Positions 31,972-43,305 of a stretch of 64,000 bases of DNA are shown here, in pieces. Source of the stretch: a virus (Duplodnaviria; Caudoviricetes); the IMG/VR virus record IMGVR_UViG_2885526491_000007, positions 1 to 64,000 of that record; one strand, 5' to 3'. Position 1 is the stretch's first letter; the number at the start of each line of letters is the position of its first letter. The translations under genes were made by a program, and so were the position numbers. The notes under the pieces are model-generated. The model searched no databases. It was given only the letters and a program-made list of their open reading frames with translations, and was not told the origin of the DNA.

Positions 31972-32640
31972 TCATTTCTTAACAAAAGTATCGTCTCTTG
32001 TTGCTATGAATTGTTTAAAATCGTCACTAATCCATTTGAGTATTTTATGTATTCGTACTTGACTAAACTTTTCATTTTTCTCGTTATACCACTCAGTTAA
32101 CGTTTTATTGTGTTTTTCACTATTACAGAGCCTGCAACTAGGAATACAATTTGAAAGATCGTTTGTTCCATTCGGATTAACATGCTCTTTACTAAAATCG
32201 TATAACTTGAAAACTTTTTTAACTTCAATTAAATGTTTGTCTTTGGGCAAGCCGCAGTAAGCACATTCGAAATTGAAATGTTTCTTGCAGTTTTCCCATT
32301 CTTCATCTGTAATTTCATGTATTTTTTTATTTTTCCTATAAGATTTCTGTTTGTCGGGATTATTTTTGTACCAATTTTCATAATACCCTCTAGATCTCTT
32401 TCTTCTGGTATTTTCTTTAAACTGGACTCTTCTTCTGTCTTTGTTCCGTTCATCACCAGCTCTCACATTTTTCAAATGACGTTCATAATTATCTTCAGCC
32501 CATTTTTTAGTCTTTTTAATGGTACAGAGTATACAATATGGCTGATAATAGGTATAGGCTATTCCTTTTGAGTTAAATTTTTGTCGACTATAAAATTCAT
32601 CTAGTAGTTTTAATTCATTGCAGATACTACATTCTTTAAT
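31972..32640 (-). CDS. HNH endonuclease with N-terminal zinc finger
   Basis: CSIC...CILC; CAYCG...EH...NCIPSCRLCNSEK; start reassigned to ATT 32640 after GAGGAGG. Confidence 0.8.
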   Translation of the reverse strand: MKECSICNELKLLDEFYSRQKFNSKGIAYTYYQPYCILCTIKKTKKWAEDNYERHLKNVRAGDERNKDRRRVQFKENTRRKRSRGYYENWYKNNPDKQKSYRKNKKIHEITDEEWENCKKHFNFECAYCGLPKDKHLIEVKKVFKLYDFSKEHVNPNGTNDLSNCIPSCRLCNSEKHNKTLTEWYNEKNEKFSQVRIHKILKWISDDFKQFIATRDDTFVKK

Positions 32641-33121
32641 AAGTTTATCCCTCCTCACAAAAGTTGATAAAGCCACTATTTTATTTGTCGCGATCACTTT
32701 TAGGGACAAAGTCATTCCCTTTGCAGGAAAGTAGATTTGCGGTTCTACAGAAGTGTTCAAAGTTACAATCTTCGCAAATGTCCATTGCTTCATAATCTTC
32801 AAGCTTTTCTTCGCTCAATAACCTCTACCTCACTTATCTTGAAACTTGTATTTTATAAGGAAATAGGGTCTAAAAAATCCATTCCAAAAGTATTTCGAAT
32901 GTCTTTTTTTAATTACAACTCCAACACACGTATCCATCTATAGCCTGTGAACATTTCGCACATACTCTCTCAATGTATAATTTACCACCTAAAATCTCTA
33001 CTCTTGAATATTCACCAGACTCTTCTAGTTCTTTTTTCTTTTGTTCAAGAAATGATCTTTTATATGACGATTTACACCAAGGAACTAATGCCATAAAAAT
33101 CCTCCTTCGCTTAAGATTTTT

Positions 33122-33904
33122 CTAAAAACAGATATCAACCAGTTCATCATATGTGCTCTCAATTCTTTGATTAGCCAACTCTATGTATTTACTTTCTGTT
33201 TCAAATCCAATAAATCTACGATTGTTTTTTAATGCTGCTACCGCTGTTGTTCCTGATCCCATGCAATTATCTAGTATGATTGAGTTTTCATTTGTGTAAG
33301 TTAACATTAGGAATTCAAAGAGTTCTAATGGCTTCTGTGTAGGGTGTATTGGCTTCATATCGACCCCAAATCTTTGTACACTTCTAGGGTAGCCCGTATG
33401 TGTCTGAATCGCATCTTTATCAGACTTTCCGTAGTTAGTACCGCCAGCCCCTTCAGATTTCTTTCCACGATCCCCTTTATTAATTGTGGGCTTATCTTTT
33501 TCTACTAATCCTTGAGGGTTGTAGATTGGTAAATTCTTATAAAAGACTAGTACATTTTCATGAGCCTTCATAGGCATCTTCTTAGCGTTTAAATGACCAG
33601 TTGCCTTATTCTTTTCCCATATCCACTCGTATTTTAGAAGTTTTAAATTGCTTGATCCAAGTACCTTATCAAATGGTGTCTGAGCTGTTAAAACAATAGC
33701 TCCGTCATCTTTTATAATTCTTTCATATTGAATCCATAATCTTTCTAGATCGATAATACTATCCCATTTGTTTTGAGTCGTCCCATAAGGTAAATCACAC
33801 AGTATCATATCCACGCTAACATCAGGAATTAATTTCATTCCCTCTAAACAATCCATTTGATAAATGCGATTCAGCTCAATACTGCCTAATAGCTCCTTAG
33901 TCAA
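33122..33904 (-). CDS. DNA N6-adenine/N4-cytosine methyltransferase (beta class), orphan
   Basis: DLPY, HPTQKP, DNCMGSGTT. Confidence 0.92.
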   Translation of the reverse strand: MTKELLGSIELNRIYQMDCLEGMKLIPDVSVDMILCDLPYGTTQNKWDSIIDLERLWIQYERIIKDDGAIVLTAQTPFDKVLGSSNLKLLKYEWIWEKNKATGHLNAKKMPMKAHENVLVFYKNLPIYNPQGLVEKDKPTINKGDRGKKSEGAGGTNYGKSDKDAIQTHTGYPRSVQRFGVDMKPIHPTQKPLELFEFLMLTYTNENSIILDNCMGSGTTAVAALKNNRRFIGFETESKYIELANQRIESTYDELVDICF

Positions 33905-34471
33905 TTGCCCATCTCCTCATATTTTGATGAAACAGTTCTTTCTTGGACTTCTATGTATTAAAATGTTGTACATCCCTTACGATATCTCTTGCCTTTATAT
34001 TTGAATCGCGCGATGAATGTACGAACTAGAATTAATCCTTCATTCACACGCTCAATCACAATTACACCCTTTTCAGTCATCCATCTTATTTTTCCTTGTA
34101 CATTTGGAATGGAGGATATCATCTTAATGAGATATCCCACCCCAACATTGCTTTGCTCACATCTTACGCGCGCATGATCACTGACTTTGATTCTTACTTT
34201 TTGATTCTTCATATGTATTACCGTTTATTAGATTTGCGCTGAGTACGTTGCTTCTTGAATTTAGTCAACACAGATCCTTCCTTTCGACCATTTTCTGCTG
34301 GCTTAACATAATGGAATGAGAAACCCTTTTTAGCTGCTTGCTGTTTAGCTGCAATGACTGCACCAAGATAATCAGCAGGAAGATTGTCGATTACCACACT
34401 TTGATTGTTGTTGTTAGTTGCGATTCCGTAAAATTTCATATGTATATTTCTCCATTCGTATATGTATTATT

Positions 34472-36115
34472 TTATTGTTTAATTACTTCTCTATAATCTT
34501 CAATGAACAATTGGCATGTCTTAGTAACTTTAAATTTAGGCTTATATTCAGTCCAAATGTTCATATTGAGCGAACCTATCGCCTCTATATCTGTAAATAC
34601 CGGAACCTTATTGTAATACTCAATATCGACTTTGAACTTCATTAGTTGTAACTTTCCGCAATCTATCTTTACAGTGTTATTTGATTTTCCTAATGGTTTT
34701 CTATCTGAGATGAACAGATCTTTGATTAAAAACATTCCCGGCTTAAAACCATTACCTGAGTACCGATAAAACTCGGTAATATAATTGATAAATCTCTCAT
34801 CGATTTCATTGACACTAAACTCTAAGTCATAGTACAGCGTGTCATCTGGAACAAAACTACTTAACCGATTATTGAGCTCATCCTTCAGTTCTTGTAAATT
34901 CTCTTTTTTTATACTCAGCCCTCCTGCGCCGGGGTGTCCACCTGTATGTTCAATAGCCCTACATTTTTCTAATAGGTCAAGCATGGAGAAATCTTCTAAT
35001 CCGCGAAAGCTTCCTGCATATGTATTTTTATCGTCTCCATCCCCCAGAACAATAGCTGGCCTATTGAATTTCTTAGACAGCTCCTGTCCTACAAGGCCGT
35101 TCATCCCTTTTCCGATTGATGGATCATAAATTATTGCTACTTTATCGTCGTCACTAATGTTATCTTTGTGTCTCTCAAGAGCTTCAGCTTGCACAACTTT
35201 CCGATATTCATTTAATTTAATTAACTCTTTTATATACTCTTTCAATTCAGGTGTTTCTTTGTCACACATTAAGAAATCAATTGCCAGTTTAATATTGTCA
35301 ACTCTGGTCGCCGCTGTAATAGCAGGACTTACTCCATATAAAAAATCAGTTGCGGTTAGGTTATTCAAATCCTTCTTCATGCCTTTAAAGAGTTGCTTTA
35401 ATCCTTCATGCCGCAAACCTTTTAGTGACAACTTGGCATAATATCTATTTTCCATTTCCATCATTAACATCATGTCTGCCATAAGTGAGAAACCCGGCAA
35501 ATCACTTAATTCATAAGAATAAGAGGTTTCCATTAGATCATCTAGCACCTGACACAACTTAAAGGTTAAAAGTCCTCCACATGCATTTTTATTTGGATAA
35601 CCGCAATCGTCTTGTTGTGGATTTACGATTATTGCGAAAGAATTTGCATTAGTAATTGTGTGGTGATCTATAATTAGACAGTCGATTCCTTTTTCAGTTA
35701 AATACTTCATCGACTCCGTATCATTAGATGAGCTATCCAATGCAATAAACAGTTTAGTTTCGTCTGGAATACTTTGTATCAAACTACCAATCATGTGGCC
35801 TTTTGATCTTTCATTGCACACATAGTGTAACCTGTCTGTGAAGTTGCTTAAGTATTTGTAAAGAATAACAAGCGAAGTCACTCCGTCCATATCCGGGTCG
35901 CCTGAAATTGTGACTAATTCATTTTTATCTAATGCATTCTTAATTCTTTGCCCAACCAAATCAATGTTTTTCAGTAGATATGGACTATGCACTAAATTAG
36001 AGAGCGGATTCAGAAATTCATCGATATTTTCAATCTCATTAATCTTCGCTAGTTTTGAATATGTATTGTCATAAGGTTCAAATGGAATTTTGGGTTGCTT
36101 TTGTTTCCATGCTAT
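34472..36115 (-). CDS. recJ: RecJ-like DHH ssDNA exonuclease
   Basis: DPDMDG, IIDHH, GSFRG, GGHPGAGG; frame open to ATA 36115. Confidence 0.9.
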   Translation of the reverse strand: MAWKQKQPKIPFEPYDNTYSKLAKINEIENIDEFLNPLSNLVHSPYLLKNIDLVGQRIKNALDKNELVTISGDPDMDGVTSLVILYKYLSNFTDRLHYVCNERSKGHMIGSLIQSIPDETKLFIALDSSSNDTESMKYLTEKGIDCLIIDHHTITNANSFAIIVNPQQDDCGYPNKNACGGLLTFKLCQVLDDLMETSYSYELSDLPGFSLMADMMLMMEMENRYYAKLSLKGLRHEGLKQLFKGMKKDLNNLTATDFLYGVSPAITAATRVDNIKLAIDFLMCDKETPELKEYIKELIKLNEYRKVVQAEALERHKDNISDDDKVAIIYDPSIGKGMNGLVGQELSKKFNRPAIVLGDGDDKNTYAGSFRGLEDFSMLDLLEKCRAIEHTGGHPGAGGLSIKKENLQELKDELNNRLSSFVPDDTLYYDLEFSVNEIDERFINYITEFYRYSGNGFKPGMFLIKDLFISDRKPLGKSNNTVKIDCGKLQLMKFKVDIEYYNKVPVFTDIEAIGSLNMNIWTEYKPKFKVTKTCQLFIEDYREVIKQ

Positions 36116-36618
36116 GGCAAAATCACTCCTTTCAACATTTTACTGAACTACTATTTTGAATTTTTCAGGTAATGCAATATTCTCATTATTATTTATCCAA
36201 CTACTTGTTAACCACTTGTCTACCAATCCTGTATGTTTGTTGATGATTTTGATATTCACTTTTCTCAAATCGATCCACTCCTCAGAAATTAGTTAAGCAG
36301 CATTTTAAAACCCTTGTGTTTACTGGCTTTTTTGATCTTCAATTCTAGGTAAAAGAGCAGTTTCATTTAAGCCTTAAATTACCACCAATATCGGTCTGTT
36401 TCATCTGAATATTCGCCCATCTTGCAATAACGCTGATAGTGATCCCAATTATCCAAATCTAGTCCTTGCTTTTTGCCATCCTCATAATCCTCATCTGAAT
36501 ATGGCTTCGTTGGATCGCCACCACACAACGATAATTCTTCAATGCTGCTTCTTTGAATCAATTGATTGATAATATCTTCCGTTGAATTCATATTCAGTTC
36601 TCCTTTAAATCGAATTTC

Positions 36619-36945
36619 TTACCACTTAACACTTGGAAGCTTATGTAGCTTTCTTACATATCTTTTGACTAGCCAGTAGCTGATTGGATCGCGAATCTTC
36701 ATACCCTTATCTTCAAACTTGATGATGCTTGCATGAAAATAACATTTAGCTTCTTCATTTTCGAAACTCTTTGGATAAGACTTCAGCCGTTTCCATTCGT
36801 ATTTATTCCAGTTCTCTTTAAATTTCTTGTAGCTTCCCCATCCAGATCTCTGCGTGTCGCCATTGGTCATAGAGATATGACCTAACCAAGGCACACAGGG
36901 AATTGAAATTAGTGCGTAAATAATCAAGCAGGCTGCAATTAACAT
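36619..36945 (-). CDS. Hypothetical protein with N-terminal TM helix
   Basis: ORF with RBS. Confidence 0.55.
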   Translation of the reverse strand: MLIAACLIIYALISIPCVPWLGHISMTNGDTQRSGWGSYKKFKENWNKYEWKRLKSYPKSFENEEAKCYFHASIIKFEDKGMKIRDPISYWLVKRYVRKLHKLPSVKW

Positions 36946-37406
36946 TTACATTCTCTCCTTTTGTAAGTAAAAGTATATTTTTACTTAGATTTTCAGTTGC
37001 TAGAAGGCAATGCCTAAAATATCACATGCAGTGCGCATCCCTACCTTGAAATCACTTTCTCTTCCCTGATAACCATCTACTACATATTTGTCGAAGCTAT
37101 TGTAGGCCAATCGTAGCTTTTTTTCTATTGAAATCTTTTCTCCAAGGTATTCGCAAATAGTTTCAAGGGGGATATTGTGCAAAATCTCATCATCCCACAA
37201 AGCTGGATTTTGAGAGTGACACTTGATAAACCATTCATTGTTAACTTCACTGACAATCTCATTGATAAGCTCTTTTTGTTCATTCGTTAATACATATACC
37301 ATTCCATCATCTTCCTTTCTGATTCTCCATCAAACTCTTCTTTCACAGGAACGGGGTAACAAGCAAAGTCACTTTATTCACTTGTCACTCCCATCTCCCC
37401 GAATGA

Positions 37407-37796
37407 TTATTTATCTAATTGACCAAGCATTGCTTGTAGCTCTTTAACGGACTTGTTCTCCAATTCTTGATTTTGTTTGGTGAACAAGATTTCTTGGATC
37501 TTCTGTTTTTGTTCTTTTTGAGCTTTTGCCTTAAATTGCGCTTCTTTCTCTGCAAGTTTAGTTGAAACAATATACCTTACTAGTTCAATTTTTACATCAA
37601 GCTCTTTATCCTCTTTTGTTTTAGAATTCAATAGGCTTTCTTCTTTTACTTGTTTCAGTTGAGAATTAAGTGTTTTGAAAATTGAATCTAAGTTTTCAAC
37701 ACTCAAATCCCACAGATCCTCTGTGCTTATCAAGCCTTTAAACTGGAATCGAATCTTAGTTTTTGTTGCAATTTCAAAAATGTTTTCTGTTGTCAT
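37407..37796 (-). CDS. Hypothetical phage protein
   Basis: ORF with RBS, adjacent to the 681-aa gene. Confidence 0.65.
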   Translation of the reverse strand: MTTENIFEIATKTKIRFQFKGLISTEDLWDLSVENLDSIFKTLNSQLKQVKEESLLNSKTKEDKELDVKIELVRYIVSTKLAEKEAQFKAKAQKEQKQKIQEILFTKQNQELENKSVKELQAMLGQLDK

Positions 37797-37822
37797 AGTT
37801 AATCTCTCCTTAATATTGGTTA

Positions 37823-39868
37823 TTAAAATTTCACTTTAAGAATTCTCTCAGTTTGTCCCTTTACTTTAACCAGTAGATCATTTCGTCTAGTCGAACTGAA
37901 TCCAATCCCCGACAACTGATCATCCACAGGTTTAATAGATAGTTTACTTCCTAGTGCCTCAAGAACTCTTCTGTGCTGCATCAATTCCTCTACCAAGAAT
38001 TCATTATAAAATCCAGATGGTGATTCTGTATTGGTACAGTCCTTTAGGAAAAACATATAATGCTTATGCCCAATTCCTTGTTGTTGATTCCAGTAGTTAG
38101 GCGAATATGAGACAACACTTACTGGAACAAATTGATTAGTCTTTACTCCCCATACATCCTTAGATGATGCACTTGAAGGCAATTTTTCCTTAAGAGTAAA
38201 CCCTTTGTCTCGACTAAAATTCACTTCTGCTACTTCAACTTTCTCACCATTTCTCAATTCTTGGCTGTAGTCGAAGGAATAAATTTGTCCATCAAATTCA
38301 ATCTCTGCTTTGAAACCTGTCTTCCCTCCGCGATGTGAAAAGTTATGAACTAAGAATTTATATGTTCCTTCTTGCATTCTGTCTTTATTTGTCCAAGTAA
38401 TATTCTCAACTGCTGGAATTCCCCTAAGCGGATTAATAATATCCACATCTAGTTGACCTGTAGTATATCTATTATTCTTTTCACCATAATAAAGTAGATT
38501 ACCATCAGGTTCATAGCAATGAGCGTCCAAATCATTTTCGTCATATTGCTCGTCATTCCATTGAATAGAAAATCTGAGTACACCTTCTACATTGCCACCT
38601 GCTGATTTTACTCGTTCCTTCAGTGCGCTATCGGTAATATTACCAGAATAGGCCCAACTAAAAGCATTGTCCCATTTAAACATTGACTCTGCGCTGCTGT
38701 CTTCGGGAGCAATAAGTGATACCATATTTCCAGAATGCTTACTTTCCAGAAACACTTCTAGTTCATTTGCAGTGGGGAGAATGTGATCAATAAAGCTGTC
38801 AATGGAAACCTCTTCTACTCGCGAAAAACTCTTAGGGTTAATACCAATATCTTTTGACATCTTATCAAAAACATTTGCAGCGCCCTGAATACGATTTGCT
38901 GAGTCTTTGTTAGAGAAAAGGATGTTGTTCACTGTAATATCATCTAAAGTTGCATGTCTGCGATCCAATGAATTTAAGTATCCAAGCTGTTCAATGGTTT
39001 TGCGAGCATCATCAAGCATTCTTTGAGTGAAAATTGGCTTGCTTCGCTTGTAGTTTTGAGGTGCTACAATCACTTCATATTTCTTTACAGCCGTGTCCAA
39101 ATCCAAGCCTTCACTAACATTGATAAGCAGAGTGCCAATACTGTGGTTCCTGATGCGCCCGATTGCACCGCCAACTTTAACGGATTGTTCCCATGCATAG
39201 TTATTTTTTTCCTGAATGGAACTTAGTAAGTCATATGTCTTTTTGTGCTTTAGGAATTCAGTTAGTACTCCTTTCCACTCTTCACCCTTATACAAGGAGT
39301 TCTGAGAAATGAGCTCTAAAACTGTAAGTAAGCTGTCTGCACTGATTTCTTCAAGGGATCGTTTAAATACATTGCGTGTATCTCTGTATACTCCTTTTGT
39401 TTCTGCTTCTGACTTACTGCTTTGATCAAAGAATCCTTCTGGCAACTCCATGTACAGGTGATCCCATTCAATGATCTTTGTATTTGTTTTTTCAAAATTC
39501 TTATCTGTGCCGATTTTCTTAAACTTGGTTACATATACATCAGAAACATCATGAGACCTAATGAAGGTTGAAAGTGCGTTAAGTACTGGTTGGAACTTTG
39601 TTTCGTTGGTCTCAAAATCCCAAATAGTAGTGACCTGATTGTCTTTAATAAACACTGCGTTTCCAATATTTTTGATAAACTGTCTACAGCAACTACAATC
39701 GTATTCTCTTCGTTCACGGAAAATTTCATTTGTTCCTTTTGGGAAACTGTCAAGATATAGATTCCAGAGCTCGTCTTTGTCCACATCCACCTCAAACAAT
39801 TTGGTGGCATCTTGAGACAGTTTGTTGAAATTTTTCTGAAGCAGCACCTTTAACTCTTTGGTTTGCAT
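37823..39868 (-). CDS. Large phage protein with YfaP/DUF2135-like domain
   Basis: DLDAHCYEPDG...LDVD...VENITW; N-terminal YDCSCC. Confidence 0.65.
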   Translation of the reverse strand: MQTKELKVLLQKNFNKLSQDATKLFEVDVDKDELWNLYLDSFPKGTNEIFRERREYDCSCCRQFIKNIGNAVFIKDNQVTTIWDFETNETKFQPVLNALSTFIRSHDVSDVYVTKFKKIGTDKNFEKTNTKIIEWDHLYMELPEGFFDQSSKSEAETKGVYRDTRNVFKRSLEEISADSLLTVLELISQNSLYKGEEWKGVLTEFLKHKKTYDLLSSIQEKNNYAWEQSVKVGGAIGRIRNHSIGTLLINVSEGLDLDTAVKKYEVIVAPQNYKRSKPIFTQRMLDDARKTIEQLGYLNSLDRRHATLDDITVNNILFSNKDSANRIQGAANVFDKMSKDIGINPKSFSRVEEVSIDSFIDHILPTANELEVFLESKHSGNMVSLIAPEDSSAESMFKWDNAFSWAYSGNITDSALKERVKSAGGNVEGVLRFSIQWNDEQYDENDLDAHCYEPDGNLLYYGEKNNRYTTGQLDVDIINPLRGIPAVENITWTNKDRMQEGTYKFLVHNFSHRGGKTGFKAEIEFDGQIYSFDYSQELRNGEKVEVAEVNFSRDKGFTLKEKLPSSASSKDVWGVKTNQFVPVSVVSYSPNYWNQQQGIGHKHYMFFLKDCTNTESPSGFYNEFLVEELMQHRRVLEALGSKLSIKPVDDQLSGIGFSSTRRNDLLVKVKGQTERILKVKF

Positions 39869-40186
39869 ATATGTAAAACTCCTTTTTTATGGTTTTTAAA
39901 TTTCTATGTAACTATTTGTTTTGTTGATGAAATTCAAACTTCATCTACTTTTTATTTTTCCGTTAGCTCGATAGTTATTTGACCGGAAGAATAAGTTGCA
40001 TCTTGATTGATGATTAGATTTGATAATCCGTACTCATCTCGCATTTCTTTTACTATCTCAAAAATTTTCTCATCCAGTAACTCTGTAAACTGCTCAATAT
40101 TCATTTAATAAATCCCTCCCAATCTTGATCAAATCCAACATTCATCAGATTACTTCTCTCAACCCGATGAATGTTGTCTAGTACAG

Positions 40187-40429
40187 TCACTTGTAAAACT
40201 CTTTTTTGCAGCAGATCCAGAATGAATAGTTCTCATTTCCGTTGTCATCCAATATGTATATTTCTTCTTCAACCGCTGCGCAATCGTCATACTTTATAAT
40301 GTAAAGCTTGTACATTCCCCCGATAGTGACTGGTACATTTCTTATACAGGCTAGTATTTTGACATGGGTGGCTTCCTCCTCATTTTGTGTGGGCGTAAGA
40401 TCAGATACGTCCATCCTCTGCTCATACAT
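40187..40429 (-). CDS. Hypothetical protein
   Basis: Follows TTGACA/TATAAT promoter. Confidence 0.55.
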   Translation of the reverse strand: MYEQRMDVSDLTPTQNEEEATHVKILACIRNVPVTIGGMYKLYIIKYDDCAAVEEEIYILDDNGNENYSFWICCKKEFYK

Positions 40430-40704
40430 TCGACCATCCCTTTCAGTCTTATATTGTTATTATACTACCGTTATTCATTATGTCAATATGTATTTTTATT
40501 CTTAAATTGTTTTAATGAAAACTATATTTTATCTGCTTATACATCAGTCAAAATATCCATCATCTTTTCAATGTCCTCATCATTCAGCCCATTGACTTCT
40601 TTCCAATCATTTACTAAAAACCTTAAGGGTGGACACTCCAGATCCCACCAAGATAGAAAGCTAAGTTGTTCAAGCTGTTTTACCGTAAACATTTAACACC
40701 TCTC

Positions 40705-41778
40705 TCATATAGAAATTTTAAATTTAGATTCTTCGTACAATTGCTTAAATGTATCCACACCAAGATCACAAGGACTATCCCTGTCTTTAAACATGTTTTT
40801 ATTGTCAAATAACGCATACACATTCCGTGTTTTACCAAACTTAGCAGCTTGTTTTTTTATTGCTTCTACGGACTTATCCTTATCCATAGCAATGACAATA
40901 TTGATGTCTAGCCCTAACTCTTTGATCATCTTTACCTGATACTCGCTAATGTCGTCACCACTAATTGCCAGACAATTTCTATAGCCAAATTGACTGCTTA
41001 ACCAACATGTCTTTTCAGCTTCAAATATGATCACTTCTTTTTCCTCAAGAATGTAGTACATAGCCCTATGCCAGTTGTACCACTCAATCATCTTATTAAA
41101 ATTGATGAGATACATAAATTTATAGATATCTCTATCCTCATAATCCTCATAAATTGTTCTGCCTTTGACAGAGATAATATCCCCGAAACGGTTGTGTATT
41201 GGAAATACAATTCTTTGACTTCTTATGTCATATCCTATGCCAAATTCAATTTGTGTTTTGTAATCAACTCCTTCATCGTAATATTTTTTATGTGGTAACA
41301 TTACAAATTGATTCATGTACTCATCGTCATAGATATTGTTTTCCAAATCATCTCTCAGTCGACTCTTCTTGCGCCCTCTTTTTACATTTTTCAACCAGCT
41401 TAAATGATCTAATGATGGATTGGGAGAATAAACTCCTGATAAAAATTGCTTATAATTTAACTTATCACATATCCATCTTTTCGCCTTTGGTAGACTTTTC
41501 TTTTGCTCATCTAACGTGTAATCATCGAAAACTATGTATGATACTAATCCGTAAATATCGATATCTGATTCTCCAAGCGACCTAATTCTGCTAGATAAAG
41601 ATTCATTAAGGTAAACCTGTACAGACCTTTTATTTGGGGACTCAAATTTGTGGGGCAATTGTGCTTCATATCTATTTTTCTTGGGATTAACATGTTCACA
41701 CCCCATTAATTCAAGCAATTCTCCAACTCGGTCTTCCTCAAGTATCTTCTGTTTGATTAATTTTAAGTCATCAATCAT
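40705..41778 (-). CDS. dnaG: Phage DNA primase (TOPRIM)
   Basis: RIVFPI...GRT, IIFEAEK, AMDKD. Confidence 0.85.
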   Translation of the reverse strand: MIDDLKLIKQKILEEDRVGELLELMGCEHVNPKKNRYEAQLPHKFESPNKRSVQVYLNESLSSRIRSLGESDIDIYGLVSYIVFDDYTLDEQKKSLPKAKRWICDKLNYKQFLSGVYSPNPSLDHLSWLKNVKRGRKKSRLRDDLENNIYDDEYMNQFVMLPHKKYYDEGVDYKTQIEFGIGYDIRSQRIVFPIHNRFGDIISVKGRTIYEDYEDRDIYKFMYLINFNKMIEWYNWHRAMYYILEEKEVIIFEAEKTCWLSSQFGYRNCLAISGDDISEYQVKMIKELGLDINIVIAMDKDKSVEAIKKQAAKFGKTRNVYALFDNKNMFKDRDSPCDLGVDTFKQLYEESKFKISI

Positions 41779-41797
41779 GCTGCTCCTCCAAGGGAGT

Positions 41798-43288
41798 TTA
41801 ACGTCCGTTATTTGGTACGACTACTAAGGCAACTTCTTTCCATGTATTGAAGTCGTAGTTTACTTCAAAAATGATTTGCTCATCTTCAGATCCCTCTCGG
41901 TTCTTGGGAAGGAACATGATAAGGTACTTCTTCTCTGGATCAAGCTTGTACGACTTTTTATTCCACGTTCCAAAACCCTTATCTTTCTCCCAATTGTAAG
42001 GAGAAAGTGCGTTCTTTTGTCCGTCGTATTCATCTGCAAATACCAATCTTCCAGCTAAAACGACAGCCGCGACTTCTACAATTTCAGGTGATTTACCGAT
42101 ACAGTCCAAATCAAGATATCTAAACTCTTTACCAATCTTAAGTTGAACAGTTGCAATTGTCGAACAATTATTTGCTTCTTCTTTAATGCAATCATAAAGG
42201 TCTTGAGCTGAATTTGAGAAAGCCAGCCATCTATCTATATTTTGGGTCATGTCTGGCTTAAAAGTGTCAAAATAAATATGCTTATATCCCAATGGACGAT
42301 ACAGTTCAATTCTATTGATAACATCTTCAATCCGATATTTCTTAAGTTGTATGAACTTTATATAATCCGGTCTGTGCTTTTTGAGCCATTCTGCTGCTTC
42401 CTTTAAAGTGTCTTTGATTTGCTTACTAAATCCACCTCTGTTTACAGTATCACGAGGGATCGGCTTATTTAAAATTCTGGCTGCTACGGTGACAAGAAGT
42501 CTAACTCTCCACCTTTTTACCCCCTCCTCATTTGCAAAGACAATTCCTTTTTCTTCTTGCTCAATTAAGCCGAGAACACCCTTCTCAGTTACTAGACTCG
42601 ATTTACCTACGCCCGATGGCAAAACAAGTAAAATAAGATTACCTAATTTTTGTCCATTTATTTTTTTGTTCAGTCGTGGCGAATCAAACAATGGTACTCC
42701 CACATCTTCGCCAGCCTCTAACTGTTCAATTGTCTCGTCTAAGCCATCTGTCAAATTGTATTCTATTACTTCTCCACTGTTTACGTGCGAGAAAGATTCT
42801 TTGTGCTTGAACTGAAAGAAACTTTGCATTTGCTTTAAATTCATATTTGCAAGGGTTGTTACTAATTTTTCATTTGAAGTGTCAATTAAACCCTGTTTCT
42901 GCAAATTTCTGAGTGACTCGTATTTTTGAACTTCACTAAAATGGTATTCATCATTACCCTTGTCTTCATCGCATTCTGCTTTAACCTCTTCAATTGTTCC
43001 ATATCCGCCATACTCATTATAATATTCGAAGTATGACTTCCTTCCTGTCTCTTGTGGCCTTGAGGTGAGAAAAGAATATGTAGTTACATCATCAAAACTC
43101 CTAATGCCATTATCGAACATCTCTTTACCAATATAGTAGTAGTACCACCAAGTAGCTTCAGTGAAAGTTTCTTTGGTAATCTTGTGGGTCTTGTACTTCC
43201 CATATAGACTTGGCGAATTCCAAAGATAACCAATGAAAATAGCTTCGTGTACTTTTGAAGGATCAACGAATTCTTTAATATATACTAT
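41798..43288 (-). CDS. dnaB: DnaB-like replicative helicase
   Basis: PSGVGKS Walker A, ANEE, KNREG; next to primase. Confidence 0.85.
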   Translation of the reverse strand: MVYIKEFVDPSKVHEAIFIGYLWNSPSLYGKYKTHKITKETFTEATWWYYYYIGKEMFDNGIRSFDDVTTYSFLTSRPQETGRKSYFEYYNEYGGYGTIEEVKAECDEDKGNDEYHFSEVQKYESLRNLQKQGLIDTSNEKLVTTLANMNLKQMQSFFQFKHKESFSHVNSGEVIEYNLTDGLDETIEQLEAGEDVGVPLFDSPRLNKKINGQKLGNLILLVLPSGVGKSSLVTEKGVLGLIEQEEKGIVFANEEGVKRWRVRLLVTVAARILNKPIPRDTVNRGGFSKQIKDTLKEAAEWLKKHRPDYIKFIQLKKYRIEDVINRIELYRPLGYKHIYFDTFKPDMTQNIDRWLAFSNSAQDLYDCIKEEANNCSTIATVQLKIGKEFRYLDLDCIGKSPEIVEVAAVVLAGRLVFADEYDGQKNALSPYNWEKDKGFGTWNKKSYKLDPEKKYLIMFLPKNREGSEDEQIIFEVNYDFNTWKEVALVVVPNNGR

Positions 43289-43305
43289 ATGTATCACTCC
43301 TAATT

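Noticed and set aside
32641-32802. N-terminal extension of the HNH ORF 31972..32802
   Set aside because: Overlaps a separate RBS-led 45-aa ORF (MSEEKLEDY...); a strong RBS precedes ATT 32640
33122-33904. Restriction-modification system
   Set aside because: No cognate restriction enzyme recognised; orphan MTases are common in such phages
11525-36619. Degenerate palindrome-like sites near 11525, 29009 and 36604
   Set aside because: Two or more mismatches; left out of the count although they sit at junctions
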